DNA of 64,000 nucleotides. It comes from Candidatus Latescibacterota bacterium (lineage in GTDB: Bacteria; Latescibacterota; CBDEFO01). The translations under genes were made by a program, and so were the position numbers. The stretch is from positions 4,000,001 to 4,064,000 of the forward strand of contig OZ252149.1 in assembly GCA_965248755.1 (NCBI GenBank), in the 5' to 3' direction. Shown here piece after piece: positions 19,765-30,834 of this stretch. A model generated the notes under the pieces. It searched no databases and was not told the DNA's origin. It saw only the letters and a list, made by a program, of their open reading frames with translations. The stretch's first letter is position 1; each line of letters begins with the position of its first letter.

Positions 19765-20781
19765 ATGATGAAGACACTAGCGAGGAAAGTTGTGAAGAAA
19801 ATAGCTGAATCTATTCCTCTTTCTGCATATCAATTCTTGGTTAGGAGGGAAGTGATAGGGCTATATTATCATGTAGTTTCTGATGAACCTTTATATCACA
19901 TAAAGCACACTTGTTCCTATAAATCATCTGAAATGTTCGAAGCTGATCTTATATATCTGAAGCAAACTTATAACTTGATATCGTATGAACAATTTATCGA
20001 GCATTATTCTTTGAAAACCAAAATCATACCCAACTCCATAATTCTGACTTTTGATGATGGGTTTTCGGAATGCATTTCGATTGTAAGACCTCTCTTACTT
20101 AAGCACGAAGTTCCTTGCATTTTCTTTATAACAACAGACTTTGTTGACAATAGAACTATGTTTTACAAGAATAAGGTCTCACTCTGCATCGAAAGAATTA
20201 GATCCTTTGAAAATCTCGATGTTTTTAGCAAGATTAATAGTACTTTTGAACAATGCGTAGAAAGTCCAGAATCATTTGTTCAGTGGATTAAATCTTTGAA
20301 TTCCTCTGATGAAGATATTATAGATGAAATCTGTAACATATTAGGAATAGATATTGAACAATATCTTATAACTTATAAACCTTATTTAACATCTAACGAA
20401 ATCAAACTTTTGGTATCTGACGGTTTTACAATCGGTGCACACAGTAAAAAACATCTTAACCTTAATTTATTAAGTAATGAAGATATGGAAGAAGAAATCG
20501 TTGATTCTTGTAAAATAATTATGGACTTAACACAAAGTGATCACATACCATTTGCCTTTCCGTTTTCTAGCGACGGCATTGATAGGCACTTTCTAGAAAG
20601 TTTAATTTCAAAATATAAATTCATCGGATTACTTTTTGATACAAAAGGTTTAAGAAAAGATAAGGACTTCATAATAAATAGAATATTGGCCGACACACCT
20701 GGTGTAGGAAGTAAATTAAATATGCCACAAGTTTTGCGTGGTGCCTATCAAGATCACTTGATACGGTTGATTAGAAGATGA
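19765..20781 (+). CDS. Polysaccharide deacetylase (NodB/CE4)
   Basis: YYH, LTFDDGF, IGAHSKKH, FAFPF. Confidence 0.85.
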   Translation: MMKTLARKVVKKIAESIPLSAYQFLVRREVIGLYYHVVSDEPLYHIKHTCSYKSSEMFEADLIYLKQTYNLISYEQFIEHYSLKTKIIPNSIILTFDDGFSECISIVRPLLLKHEVPCIFFITTDFVDNRTMFYKNKVSLCIERIRSFENLDVFSKINSTFEQCVESPESFVQWIKSLNSSDEDIIDEICNILGIDIEQYLITYKPYLTSNEIKLLVSDGFTIGAHSKKHLNLNLLSNEDMEEEIVDSCKIIMDLTQSDHIPFAFPFSSDGIDRHFLESLISKYKFIGLLFDTKGLRKDKDFIINRILADTPGVGSKLNMPQVLRGAYQDHLIRLIRR

Positions 20782-21911
20782 ACCTTCTTTTAGTGACCGA
20801 AGATTATCCTCCGGCGCCAGGGGGCATAGCTACGTTTTTGTACAATATTTGCCTCTTTACAAAGTTTGACATATCTGTCCTTACTGTGAAGTGGGAATCC
20901 TGCGACGAATTCGATAAAAAACAGAGTTATTTCACAAAAAGGATCGCTCCGCTAAGATACCTGGGGTTTTTATCTTTCTTTTTAAATGTCCTTTACTTGG
21001 TGATCCGAAGGAGGATAGATATAATCTTCTGGGGATATTGTGTCCCTCTGGCGATAACGGGTTGGCTTGTTAAGTCTATATTAAATGTGAGATTAGCTGT
21101 TTTAGTGCATGGAAATGACCTTAACTGTTCTCTTTCTCAGGGGAGAATGAGCAGGTGTATCTCCCTTTTTGTGTTAAGGCGATGCGATGTTGTCTTCACG
21201 AACTGCAGTTATAACAGGGACATATTACTAAAGCTTGGTCTTTTCCCCGAAAGGATAAAGATATTCCACCCTGGTGTGGACATCTCTGTGTTCTATCCCG
21301 AAAGTGTGGACGGAGAATTACAGAAAAGATACAATCTGTCGGGCAAGAAGGTTATACTGACTGTGGGGAGGCTCGTTCAGCGTAAGGGTCAAAGAGCGGT
21401 TGTGGAGGTGCTCGCGGATATTGTAAATAAGATTCCCGATGTGATCTACGTCATTGCGGGAGACGGCCCTGATAAATATAATTTAGATGTTCTAGTCCGA
21501 AAACTGGGCTTAGGCCAAAACGTTGTGTTTATCCCAGATCTTTCTTATGACCTTTTGCCTGCTATGTACAATCTATGTGACCTCTTCGTTATGGTCAGCA
21601 AAGAGATTCCGGAAGAGGGAGAGGTGGAGGGCTTCGGGATCGTGTTTTCTGAGGCAGGGGCGTGCGGCAAACCTGTGGTTGGGGGTAGGTCTGGAGGGAT
21701 ACCGGATGCTGTAGTGGATGGTGTCACAGGAATCTTGGTCGATCCCGAGGATCGTGAGGAGCTGAGGGAGGCTATTTGTTCTTTGCTTTCGGATCCTGAG
21801 AAAGCGCAGGTAATGGGACGAAATGGGCGGCAGAGGATGCTGAACGAACTGACGTGGGAAAAGGTCGTGGGGGAATTTGACGATGAATTGGAGTCGCTGC
21901 TAAGTAAGTAG
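20778..21911 (+). CDS. GT4 glycosyltransferase (PimB-like)
   Basis: DYPPAPGGI, VGRLVQRKG, EGFGIVFSEAGACGKPVV. Confidence 0.9.
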   Translation: MNLLLVTEDYPPAPGGIATFLYNICLFTKFDISVLTVKWESCDEFDKKQSYFTKRIAPLRYLGFLSFFLNVLYLVIRRRIDIIFWGYCVPLAITGWLVKSILNVRLAVLVHGNDLNCSLSQGRMSRCISLFVLRRCDVVFTNCSYNRDILLKLGLFPERIKIFHPGVDISVFYPESVDGELQKRYNLSGKKVILTVGRLVQRKGQRAVVEVLADIVNKIPDVIYVIAGDGPDKYNLDVLVRKLGLGQNVVFIPDLSYDLLPAMYNLCDLFVMVSKEIPEEGEVEGFGIVFSEAGACGKPVVGGRSGGIPDAVVDGVTGILVDPEDREELREAICSLLSDPEKAQVMGRNGRQRMLNELTWEKVVGEFDDELESLLSK

Positions 21912-21937
21912 ACAGGGCACGTCACTTAGAAAGAGTT

Positions 21938-22010
21938 GTCAGACAGGAATGTCTGACCCACCTTCCTATATATGTTGGTGGTTGGTAGAACAGACATTCT
22001 TGTCTGTTCT
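21938..22010. repeat. Inverted pair of REP-like palindromes
   Basis: GTCAGACAGGAATGTCTGACCCACC and GGTAGAACAGACATTCTTGTCTGTTC. Confidence 0.6.
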
Positions 22011-22031
22011 AAGGATTCTTTAAATAGATCA

Positions 22032-23270
22032 ATGGACAAAAGGAAAATTACTCTTATCTACTTTAGCGACTACTGGGACGAGCGATGGCGCCGCCGACAG
22101 CAGTTAGCTTACAGATTCGCTCAGCGGGAGGATGTACGAAAAGTTGTCTGTGTAGAATTCCCCTTACCGTTGACGTCGTTTGCTAAATACTTGGTCTACA
22201 AAGCTGACATTGAAGCGAGCGATCGTTGGGAGAGGGTCACAGAATCAGGAATGGGACGTTCCATGCTTGACGGCAAGCTGGAAATACTAAGCCCTGTCTG
22301 TGCTTTTCCCTTTTTCAGGAGGACTCTTCTTTCGAGACTGGATAAGGCCTTTTTGAGGATATTGACAGAGGTATTGATAAGACGAGCGATAAGCGACATT
22401 GAGGACAAATCTTCGATCCTCTTCTGGGCAAGTCATCCTTTTGCCGCCGATTACATAGGGAAATTCAACGAAGCGATGATTTGCTACGACTGCACCGAGA
22501 AGTTTAGTGAGTTCGATTTTTGGGTGACCCTCAGAAAAGAAGTCGAAGAAAAGGATAGCCTGCTTACTCAGAGGGCCGATCAGATCTTTACACAGACCCA
22601 ACCTCATCTTGTTGAGAAGAGGTCCGTTAATCCTAATGTATTTTTGATCCCCAACGCCGTTGACTTCGACCTTTTCCAAAACAGCTTGGAGGCTCCAGAG
22701 CCATCAGACTTGAAGGGCATCAAGAGACCTATCTTGGGCTATGTGGGTAGCATCAACTCCCGTTTCGACTTTGAGCTTATTAGAAGGACAGCAAAAGTCT
22801 ATAAAGATTGGTCGCTCGTCTTCATAGGCGATGCCAGTGAGAGTTCCGCAATAAAATCAGTAGAGGACTTAAAAAATATTTACTTTTTGGGTGAAAAGTC
22901 TTATAATATAGTACCGAGCTATCTGAAGGAGTTTAGTGTCTGTATGATGCCCTATATTAACCTTACTTGTTTGGGGAGCCCGACAAAGCTTTTCGATTAT
23001 CTTGCCTCCGGGAAGCCTGTCGTCTCGACGGATATACCGGGCGTTCGGGACTTTTCGGATGTCGTATCCGTATCTAAAACCAAAGATGAGTTTACAAAGA
23101 ATATAGGGATAGCCGCAGATGATAATGATCCGTTATCAGTCCTCCAGCGAAAAGAGCGCGCAAGAGAAAATTCGTGGGTTGTCAGGGAAAAACAGATATG
23201 GGACATTATTAAAAAGGGGTTATCTTCAGCGCTTCACAAGGAGATGACAGGGTGTCAAGTTACAGCGTAG
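22032..23270 (+). CDS. GT-B glycosyltransferase (TuaH-like)
   Basis: RRRQQLA, CYDCTE, IPNAVD, GYVGSI, PTKLFDYLASGKPVV; start placed at ATG 22032. Confidence 0.85.
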   Translation: MDKRKITLIYFSDYWDERWRRRQQLAYRFAQREDVRKVVCVEFPLPLTSFAKYLVYKADIEASDRWERVTESGMGRSMLDGKLEILSPVCAFPFFRRTLLSRLDKAFLRILTEVLIRRAISDIEDKSSILFWASHPFAADYIGKFNEAMICYDCTEKFSEFDFWVTLRKEVEEKDSLLTQRADQIFTQTQPHLVEKRSVNPNVFLIPNAVDFDLFQNSLEAPEPSDLKGIKRPILGYVGSINSRFDFELIRRTAKVYKDWSLVFIGDASESSAIKSVEDLKNIYFLGEKSYNIVPSYLKEFSVCMMPYINLTCLGSPTKLFDYLASGKPVVSTDIPGVRDFSDVVSVSKTKDEFTKNIGIAADDNDPLSVLQRKERARENSWVVREKQIWDIIKKGLSSALHKEMTGCQVTA

Positions 23271-23320
23271 TTACATACCGCTCCCCTTGACAGAGCGACA
23301 AATATTTCGCAAATTGGGGT

Positions 23321-23650
23321 TTGAGAAGGGAGGTCAAGGTGTCGAGCCCCGAAGTGAAAGATGGTAAGCGCTGGACGGCGACCCGTAAGGGAGAGATTGT
23401 GTTGGCTCTTTTGAGAGGAGCAGATCTATCTGAGGTGTGTCGTAAGAATGGAATTAGCCAGTCGCAGGCGTATGCTTGGCGTGATAGTTTCTTAGAAGGG
23501 GGCCAGGAGAGTCTGAAGTCTCGGCGTGGTCGCAAGGATCCGAAGGAGCGAGAGGTTAGCCGGTTGGAGCGCAAGGTAGGGCAGTTGACGCTCCAGTTGG
23601 AGATACTCGAAGAGGTAGCCCGTCTAAAAAAAACGAAGCGGTTGCCTTGA
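23321..23650 (+). CDS. IS3 OrfA
   Basis: HTH; probable start GTG 23339 after GGAGG; A8 at 23626-23633. Confidence 0.85.
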   Translation: MRREVKVSSPEVKDGKRWTATRKGEIVLALLRGADLSEVCRKNGISQSQAYAWRDSFLEGGQESLKSRRGRKDPKEREVSRLERKVGQLTLQLEILEEVARLKKTKRLP

Positions 23651-24510
23651 GTGGGCGGTTTTTGGGTCGAGGCTATTCCCGCAAGGTGGTAGCTTTGGCT
23701 TTGGGTTTGCATCGTTCGACTCTGTATAGGTTTAGGGATAGAGGTGTCAGTTCTTCTGTTAAAGAGCCTGTGATAGATGAGGAGCTTGCTTTTCGTATTC
23801 GAGGGATACTGGACCAAGAAGAGGCATTTGGTCACAGGCGGGTTTGGGCGCATCTTCGTTTCAAGGAAGGGGAATGTGTCAACGTTAAGAAGGTTCATAG
23901 GATAATGAAGCTTAAGGGGTGGCAGTGTAAGCTGTGGAATCGTCCCGGGAGAAAGGGGCCACAGGTTGCCCAGAAGCGTTCTGTGGTGGATAGTCCCGAC
24001 AGTTTGTGGTCGAGTGACTTGACAAAGATTTACTGTGGAAAAGATGGTTGGTGTCCTCTTATTGCGGTGGTGGACAACGGAAGCCGGGAGGTTCCTGGGT
24101 ATCGTTTTAGTCGAAAAGGGAGGGCACTGGAGGCCACAGATGCCCTGGATCGGGCCGTGATCTCTCGATACACTTCCAAGGAGGCTGTCCCCCAGGGTCT
24201 CACTTTGCGCTCTGACAATGGTTCCATCTTTTTGGCTCGGGCCTATTTGGCCAGTACCGAATATTGGGGAATTCGTCAGGAATACATACCAAGTGGTAAA
24301 CCCGATTGGAACGGTGTTGTAGAGCGTTTTTTCAGGACCCTCAAGCAAGAGTGTGTTTGGCTTCACAAGTTTGAATCCTTTGAACAGGCTGAGAAGATCA
24401 TATCTCAGTGGATCGATAATTACAACAAGAACAGGCTTCATTCATCCCTGGGATATAAGACCCCAAAAGAGTGGAGAAAACAATTTTATCTACTACCCCA
24501 GGTTGCTTAA
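23647..24510 (+). CDS. IS3 transposase OrfB
   Basis: DDE integrase core in -1 frame. Confidence 0.9.
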   Translation: MSGRFLGRGYSRKVVALALGLHRSTLYRFRDRGVSSSVKEPVIDEELAFRIRGILDQEEAFGHRRVWAHLRFKEGECVNVKKVHRIMKLKGWQCKLWNRPGRKGPQVAQKRSVVDSPDSLWSSDLTKIYCGKDGWCPLIAVVDNGSREVPGYRFSRKGRALEATDALDRAVISRYTSKEAVPQGLTLRSDNGSIFLARAYLASTEYWGIRQEYIPSGKPDWNGVVERFFRTLKQECVWLHKFESFEQAEKIISQWIDNYNKNRLHSSLGYKTPKEWRKQFYLLPQVA

Positions 24511-25766
24511 TTGGTGTCGCTTTCCTGGGAAGCAGTACAGTTATGTTTGTCAGCAGTCTATTATCTCTGACGACAGGTGGCATGATATATCATGTTGAGG
24601 TGTATAAATTCCTGAAACGGAGTGGAGTATCGGTCAACGTAATCAATTTAGAGGAAATGCCGATCCTCATTAAAAGATGTCCTCTATTTTTGAACTTGAT
24701 TCTTACCAATTACTGGTTTATCCAGAAACTCCTGTCGCTAAAACTGGATCGAAGAAGAAAGGTCATCCTATTTGAAGATTACCACTTTCATCCGAGATTA
24801 TTTCTATTCAATCTGTTTGTAAAGGCTATTTTCAGAAGAGTAAGTGTCGTAACTATAGTGAATCTATCTTTATTCTATCATTCTGCTTTGCGATTCAGCG
24901 TGGCTAGGAAGATAGATGAATTTATTATCAAGGTATTCCTCAACCAGTTAAATAAGATATTAGTCGTCAGCGATAGCACGGAAACCGAAGTGCTGGTCAC
25001 AGGGGATTAAACCGTCTAAGGTTGAGAGGATCTACAACCAGATCCACAACCATTACGACGATATGTCCTCAGGAAACATCAGTGAAAAGACAGAATGTGC
25101 ACAGTACGGGAAGACGAACCTTCTCTTTGTGGGAAGATGCCATGTTGATAAGGGAATCGAGTATCTGTTGGAGGCAGTCGCTCTGCTCGGAGATAATGTT
25201 GTCTTGAATATTGTGGGTGCCACCGATCACGATCCGAATTACTACAGGAAACTAACTGAAATCATACAAAAACGCAATATAAAGGAGAAGGTCTTTTTCC
25301 ACGGATATGTAGATGATAAAAATAAGCTGAAGCAATTTCACGAGAGAGCTGATATCTTTGTCTTACCGTCAATTATCGAAGGATTCGGTATTGTTCTTTT
25401 GGAAGCGATGTCCGCTGGTCTTCCCATAGTCGCTACAAATGTGGGCGCTATTCCAGAGTTGGTAAAAGACGGGTACAACGGTATCCTTGTGCCTCCAAGG
25501 GATATGCCCTCTCTGGCGAAAGCTATAGATTCCCTGATAAGATCTCCTTCTATGAGAAGGAAATACAGTATCAATGGGTTCAAATACTACCAAAGCGTTC
25601 GGGATATTCATTCCTGGGATAACCACTTAAGGACAATACGCGACATTTTCAACCGATTGGCTGATGCGGTTTAAGAGGAAGGTAGACATAGCAATTGCTG
25701 ATTGAACTGCCCCCGCTCACGAGCGAGGGTAATTCACTAGAATTTAATCTAAAGGAGGGAATCACG

Positions 25767-25982
25767 ATGAGATATTTTACACTCTCGATAAGGACACTTA
25801 CTGTTCTTGCCTTGTTTTATTTAATTTTCCCTGATAAAGCGTATGCCTATATGGATATGGGGACCCTCAGCTATGTTCTTCAGGTGCTCGTAGCTGCTTT
25901 AATTGGGGCATTGGTGACAACTAGGGTGGTATGGTATAAGATTAGAAGCTTCTTCAAGAACTTATTATCCAGCCACAAATAA
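25767..25982 (+). CDS. Small membrane protein (AYxDxGT-type motif)
   Basis: AAGGAGG RBS; AYAYMDMGTLSYVLQVLVAALIG between two hydrophobic stretches. Confidence 0.65.
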   Translation: MRYFTLSIRTLTVLALFYLIFPDKAYAYMDMGTLSYVLQVLVAALIGALVTTRVVWYKIRSFFKNLLSSHK

Positions 25983-26095
25983 ACTAAAGACTAGTGGAAA
26001 TATCCTAAGCTAATTTCGAAATGTCTATGAGAGGTTTTAGTTTTTGCAATGTTTGATCTTGTCGCCAATCGGCACGACCTGTATGACAGCTAGAA

Positions 26096-27244
26096 ATGCC
26101 AGTGTTGTCACACTTTCGTAGGGAAATCGCGGACTTTTACCGTTTCTTTCGGGAAATTCCTAAAGCAGAAAGGTCGATAGTTTTCTATGCCGAGCACAAA
26201 GGCTACTATCCCAGCTTCGAAGGACTCATAGAAGAGTTGGTTGGTAAGTACGAGCAGACTTTGTGCTACATCACCTCGGACCCAGATGATCCGATTCTGG
26301 AAACATCGGAGCCGAGAATAAGGACCTTTTATCTGAACAAGTTACTGCCTTTCTTTATGGTATTTGTCAATTGCAAGGTATTTGTCATGACATTGACCGA
26401 CTTCAATCAATCCTACCTTAAGCGCTCGATCAATCCAGTGCACTATGTTTATGTATTCCACGCCCTGGTCAGCACTCATATGATGTATCGATATGGTGCT
26501 TTTGACCATTATGATTCCATTTTATGTGTGGGTCCACATCATGTCAGGGAAATTCGCAAGCGCGAAGAACTCAATAATCTTCCTCCCAAAAGGCTTGTGG
26601 AGGCGGGCTATTATCGACTGGAGCGAATTTACAGGGAATATCAAAAGTATCCCGGAAAGAGACTTTCCTCAGGTGATAAACGAACTGTCCTGATTGCACC
26701 TTCCTGGGGAACTGATAACGTTCTGGAGTCTTGCGGTGAGCGTCTTGCCGATATTCTTTTGGAAGCAGGTTACGAGGTGATTGTCCGCCCTCACCCTGAG
26801 ACTGTACGACGTTCTCCTGAACTCATGGCTTTGTTTGCTTCTAAATTCGGCCATAATCCGAATTTCACTTTGGAGAGGTCTGTTGCCACCGATGACTCAT
26901 TGCTGCGGGCTGATGTCCTGATATGTGACTGTTCGGGGATTGCCCTTGAATACGCTTTTGGCACCGAGAGGCCGGTCTTATTCTTGGATGTTCCCGTCAA
27001 GATCCAAAATCAAAGATTTGAAGAATTGGGAATTGAACCGTTGGAGATGCCTCTCCGACCAGAGATCGGCGTGATTGTTTCTCGGGAGAGGTTAGATACC
27101 GTTCCTGGAGTTATCTCGAACTTAGTGGCGAATAGTGGAGCGTACAAAAAACGTATAGTCGAGTTGAGAGATCAGAACGTCTATGCCTTTGGACGCTCCT
27201 CGCAGATTGGCGCTCAATACATCATCGATCTTGTCAATGAGTAA
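26096..27244 (+). CDS. CDP-glycerol glycerophosphotransferase (TagF-like) family protein
   Basis: YVFHA, EAGYYRLE, LIAPSWG, VRPHP, ADVLICDCSGIALEYAF. Confidence 0.8.
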   Translation: MPVLSHFRREIADFYRFFREIPKAERSIVFYAEHKGYYPSFEGLIEELVGKYEQTLCYITSDPDDPILETSEPRIRTFYLNKLLPFFMVFVNCKVFVMTLTDFNQSYLKRSINPVHYVYVFHALVSTHMMYRYGAFDHYDSILCVGPHHVREIRKREELNNLPPKRLVEAGYYRLERIYREYQKYPGKRLSSGDKRTVLIAPSWGTDNVLESCGERLADILLEAGYEVIVRPHPETVRRSPELMALFASKFGHNPNFTLERSVATDDSLLRADVLICDCSGIALEYAFGTERPVLFLDVPVKIQNQRFEELGIEPLEMPLRPEIGVIVSRERLDTVPGVISNLVANSGAYKKRIVELRDQNVYAFGRSSQIGAQYIIDLVNE

Positions 27245-27339
27245 GATGCTTATTGCAGAATAGGGCGTCGAAAGCCGCGTGATAAGAGTCTTGCTTCGGC
27301 TGTAGCTGGGACTGGCCTAATCATAAAGGAATTCGACAC

Positions 27340-28947
27340 ATGACTAAAGCCAAGAAGTTTCGCCAATTATTGCAGTCAAAGGACCTCGAGTTTATCTGCG
27401 AGGCCCACAACGGACTGAGCGCCAAGATTGTTGAGGAGGCGGGTTTTAAGGCCGTGTGGGGTAGTGGCCTGACGATGTCCGCAGCAATAGGTGTTCGTGA
27501 TAGTAATGAAGCCAGTTGGACGCAGGTTCTGGAAATAGTTGAATTCATAAGTGATGCTACGTCGATACCCTTATTGCTGGATGCCGATACGGGTTACGGG
27601 AACTTCAACAACGTGCGCCGACTGGTAGGAAAGCTGGAACAACGAGACGTTGCTGCTGTATGTATCGAAGATAAGCTATTCCCCAAGAAGAACAGTTATA
27701 TTCAAGGTGAACGTCAACCTTTAGCCGATATTGAGGAGTTTTCCGGCAAGGTTAAGGCAGCAAAAGATACCCAGAACGATCCGGATTTCTCTGTTATTGC
27801 GCGTGTTGAAGCTTTCATTGCAGGTTGGGGACTCGGCGATGCACTCAGACGTGCGGATGCTTACCATAAAGCAGGTGCGGATGCGATCTTGATCCACAGC
27901 AAACTTTCTAGGCCTGATGAGGTCATGGCCTTTAAGAACGAATGGGGCGACCGTTGTCCCGTTGTCATCGTTCCCACCACATACTATAGGACGCATACCG
28001 ATGTCTTTCGCGAGGCCGGTTTTAGCGTAGTAATTTGGGCAAATATGATCTTGCGAAGTGCAATTGAGGCTATGAAGGAAACCACGACACAGCTAAAGGA
28101 AGAAAAATCATTGGTCAATATTGAGGATGATATTGCTTCGGTGGCGGAGGTCTTTCGCTTGCAGGGCGCTGACGAACTCGAGATGGCCGAGAAGCTGTAT
28201 CTTCCGGAAAGTAGTGGGGATACTCACGCCGTAATCTTAGCCGCATCTCAAGGTGTTGAACTCGGTGTCTTGACTAAGGATAAGCCGAAAACTTTGCTTG
28301 AAATTTCTGGGAAACCTCTCTTGTATAGACAGGTGGATACGCTCAATGAGATCGGTATTAAGGATATTACGGTGGTGCGCGGATTTCATAAGGATAAGAT
28401 CGATGCGTCCAATCTTCATTATGTCGATAACTATAACTACGCCACGACTCAAGAGATTTTTTCGCTCTTTAAAGGTATTCAAGGTATTGAGGGGAAAACA
28501 CTAATTTCATACGGAGATATTCTTTATAAAAAGTATATACCAGCTCTACTTCTTGAAACGGAGGGAGATTTTGTGGCGGCTGTCGACTCTGATTGGAAGT
28601 CCAGCTACAACAAAGGTCGTTATGCAGATTTTGTTTCATGCGATTGTTCAGATCGAAAAGAGCTATTTGATCAAAAGGTAATTTTGACTGGTTCGGGCAG
28701 TTCTATGCAGGAAGAGAATATCTGTGGTGAATGGATCGGTCTGCTCAAACTATCAGATCATGGTCTATCAGTTCTGCAGGAACTTTTGGGTAGTCTGTCT
28801 AAGGATAATAAACTCCATCAGATGCGAATGACTGAGTTATTCAATGAACTCATTTCTAGAGATCACGAAATTCGGGTTGTGTATATTCATGGTCATTGGC
28901 TGGATGTGGATGACATTAAAGATATCAGTATCGCAAGCATATTTTAA
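27340..28947 (+). CDS. aepX: Phosphoenolpyruvate mutase fused to C-terminal NTP-transferase (cytidylyltransferase)
   Basis: [16 protein letters not shown], PepM signature [11 protein letters not shown]-terminal ILAAS.G..L..LT.DKPK, YGD. Confidence 0.95.
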   Translation: MTKAKKFRQLLQSKDLEFICEAHNGLSAKIVEEAGFKAVWGSGLTMSAAIGVRDSNEASWTQVLEIVEFISDATSIPLLLDADTGYGNFNNVRRLVGKLEQRDVAAVCIEDKLFPKKNSYIQGERQPLADIEEFSGKVKAAKDTQNDPDFSVIARVEAFIAGWGLGDALRRADAYHKAGADAILIHSKLSRPDEVMAFKNEWGDRCPVVIVPTTYYRTHTDVFREAGFSVVIWANMILRSAIEAMKETTTQLKEEKSLVNIEDDIASVAEVFRLQGADELEMAEKLYLPESSGDTHAVILAASQGVELGVLTKDKPKTLLEISGKPLLYRQVDTLNEIGIKDITVVRGFHKDKIDASNLHYVDNYNYATTQEIFSLFKGIQGIEGKTLISYGDILYKKYIPALLLETEGDFVAAVDSDWKSSYNKGRYADFVSCDCSDRKELFDQKVILTGSGSSMQEENICGEWIGLLKLSDHGLSVLQELLGSLSKDNKLHQMRMTELFNELISRDHEIRVVYIHGHWLDVDDIKDISIASIF

Positions 28948-28964
28948 TAAGGTTTGCCTGAATA

Positions 28965-30109
28965 ATGATCCAAGCGGAAGAATTTATAAAGCCAGCTTTG
29001 GGCAAAGGGTATAGTTTTTGGACGGGTGTCCCGTGCTCATTTTTGACACCGTTTATTAACTATGTAATCCAAAGCCCAGATTTGACCTATGTTGGTGCCA
29101 GCAGTGAGGGTGAGGCGGTTGGAATTGCCATAGGTGCTCACTTGACAGGCCAAAAAACAGTGGTAATTTGCCAAAACTCTGGGCTCGGCAATACGGTCAA
29201 TCCGTTGACCAGTCTAAACTATCCGTTTTGCATTCCCACTTTGCTAATCGTCACTCATCGTGGCGCGTCTGGACTAGAGGACGAACCCCAACACGCCCTT
29301 ATGGGTCTGATCACAGAAGATATTCTAACCACCTTGCGAATTCCGTGGAAGGTATTTCCCGATCGATCCGAAGATATCGAGGACGTAATCAGTGAGGCAG
29401 ATGAGTACATGACTACGAAAGGCCTTCCATACGCTTTGATCATGGAAAAGGGAACGGTTGCACCCTATCCGCTCAATGAAAAGACGACTTATAGACCATT
29501 TTTAGGAGTTGAACCCAAGGGAGAGTTTATTGTTGCAGATGATAAAAGGATGCCACGACGCGATGCGATTAAGATCATCAAAAGTCTTCTTGTTAATGGT
29601 GAGTTAATGGTGGCTACGACAGGTAAGGTAGGGAGAGAGTTGTTTGCCCTGGGGCATTGTCCCAATCAGATTTATGTTGTTGGTGGTATGGGATGTGCCT
29701 CCGCAATTGGGTTGGGTCTCAGCTTGTGTCAAAAGGAACGCAAGGTAGTTATCTTGATGGGGACGGTGCAGTTCTGATGAAGATGGGAGTGTTGGCCTCG
29801 ATAGGGCACTATCATCCGGGAAACTTAATTCATATCATTTTGGATAATGAGGCTCACGAGTCTACAGGTGGGCAATCGACAGTTTCTGGAAGCATTGATT
29901 TTGCTCAAGTTGCATCGGCTTGTACTTACAATGCAATATTTAGTTGTGACACTGAGGCTGCTTTGAAGGAAATGGTTAAGATTGCTCTTGATGTAGAAGG
30001 GCCAGTCACGATCCATATCAAAGTTGCAGTGGGGTCCGATCCGAATTTGGGACGTCCGACTTTGACCCCGGTTCAAGTGAAAGAACAATTCATGAGGTTT
30101 ATTGCCTAA
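28965..30109 (+). pseudogene. aepY: Phosphonopyruvate decarboxylase, one-base frameshift near 29755-29762
   Basis: TGVPCS, QNSGLGNTVNPL, DEPQH, TTGK, GGMGCA in frame 1; DGDGAVLMKMG, DNEAHESTGGQ, LGRP in shifted frame. Confidence 0.9.
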
Positions 30110-30834
30110 TGAGTAAAATCAGCAAAGCCGTTATTGTGGCTGCAGGAATATCATCGCGACTTTACCCGTTAACCTTAAATCTACCTAAGGTCTTACTAGA
30201 AGTTGCAGGTGAGACGATAGTGGGACGGTCTGTGCGGTTATTGGGTGAAAATGGTATTAAAGAGATCTTGATAGTCGTAGGGTGTCAAAAGGATTTGATT
30301 CAAAAGGCTTTGGAACCATTCGTAGCGGACGTTCCACATATTCACTACCAATTTAATCCGTTTTTCGCTGAAACCAACAATATGGGCTCATTATGGTTTG
30401 CTAAAGAATGGGTAAAAGATCATTCATTTCTATATCTACATGGTGACCTTGTTTACGATCCTGAATTGCTGCGTTCATTCATGAGTGGAACTTATGCAGA
30501 CTCGGCATTGTTGGTAGATTGTGGGTCCACTGATGAGGAAGCGATGAAGGTTCGAGTTAAAGATGGACGTTTTATTGAATCGAGTAAGGATATCCCGCTC
30601 GATGAAGCATTCGGGGAATGGATTGGAATGATCATATTCACTCGCCCACAGGTGTTATTTGATAAGATAGAGATCCTTTTGGAGCAAAAGAATTTCCAAG
30701 GTTACGATACATTGGCCTTTACCGAAATGGCTGGTGAAGGTACTTGCTTTTCCGTAGTCCCAACCTGTGGTCGTCCTTGGATCGAGATAGATTTTGAATC
30801 AGAGCTGGATCAAGGGAGACAATTGTTCCGATGA
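30109..30834 (+). CDS. Phosphocholine/phosphonate cytidylyltransferase family (LicC/PntC-like)
   Basis: AVIVAAGISSRL, PKVLLEV, TNNMGSL, HGDLVY, DEEAMKV, WIEIDF. Confidence 0.85.
   Translation: MSKISKAVIVAAGISSRLYPLTLNLPKVLLEVAGETIVGRSVRLLGENGIKEILIVVGCQKDLIQKALEPFVADVPHIHYQFNPFFAETNNMGSLWFAKEWVKDHSFLYLHGDLVYDPELLRSFMSGTYADSALLVDCGSTDEEAMKVRVKDGRFIESSKDIPLDEAFGEWIGMIIFTRPQVLFDKIEILLEQKNFQGYDTLAFTEMAGEGTCFSVVPTCGRPWIEIDFESELDQGRQLFR

Larger units (their letters stand above)
23274..24539 (+). mobile_element. IS3-family element copy 3 with 4-bp TSD GTTA
   Basis: GTTA at 23270-23273 and 24540-24543. Confidence 0.93.
23252..25674 (+). pseudogene. GT4 glycosyltransferase interrupted by IS3 copy 3 and frameshifted near 25000
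   Basis: Removing the IS restores GTG TCA AGT TAC AGC GTA GTT ATG TTT; one extra base near 24995-25005; C-terminus has EGFGIVLLEAMSAG. Confidence 0.8.
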
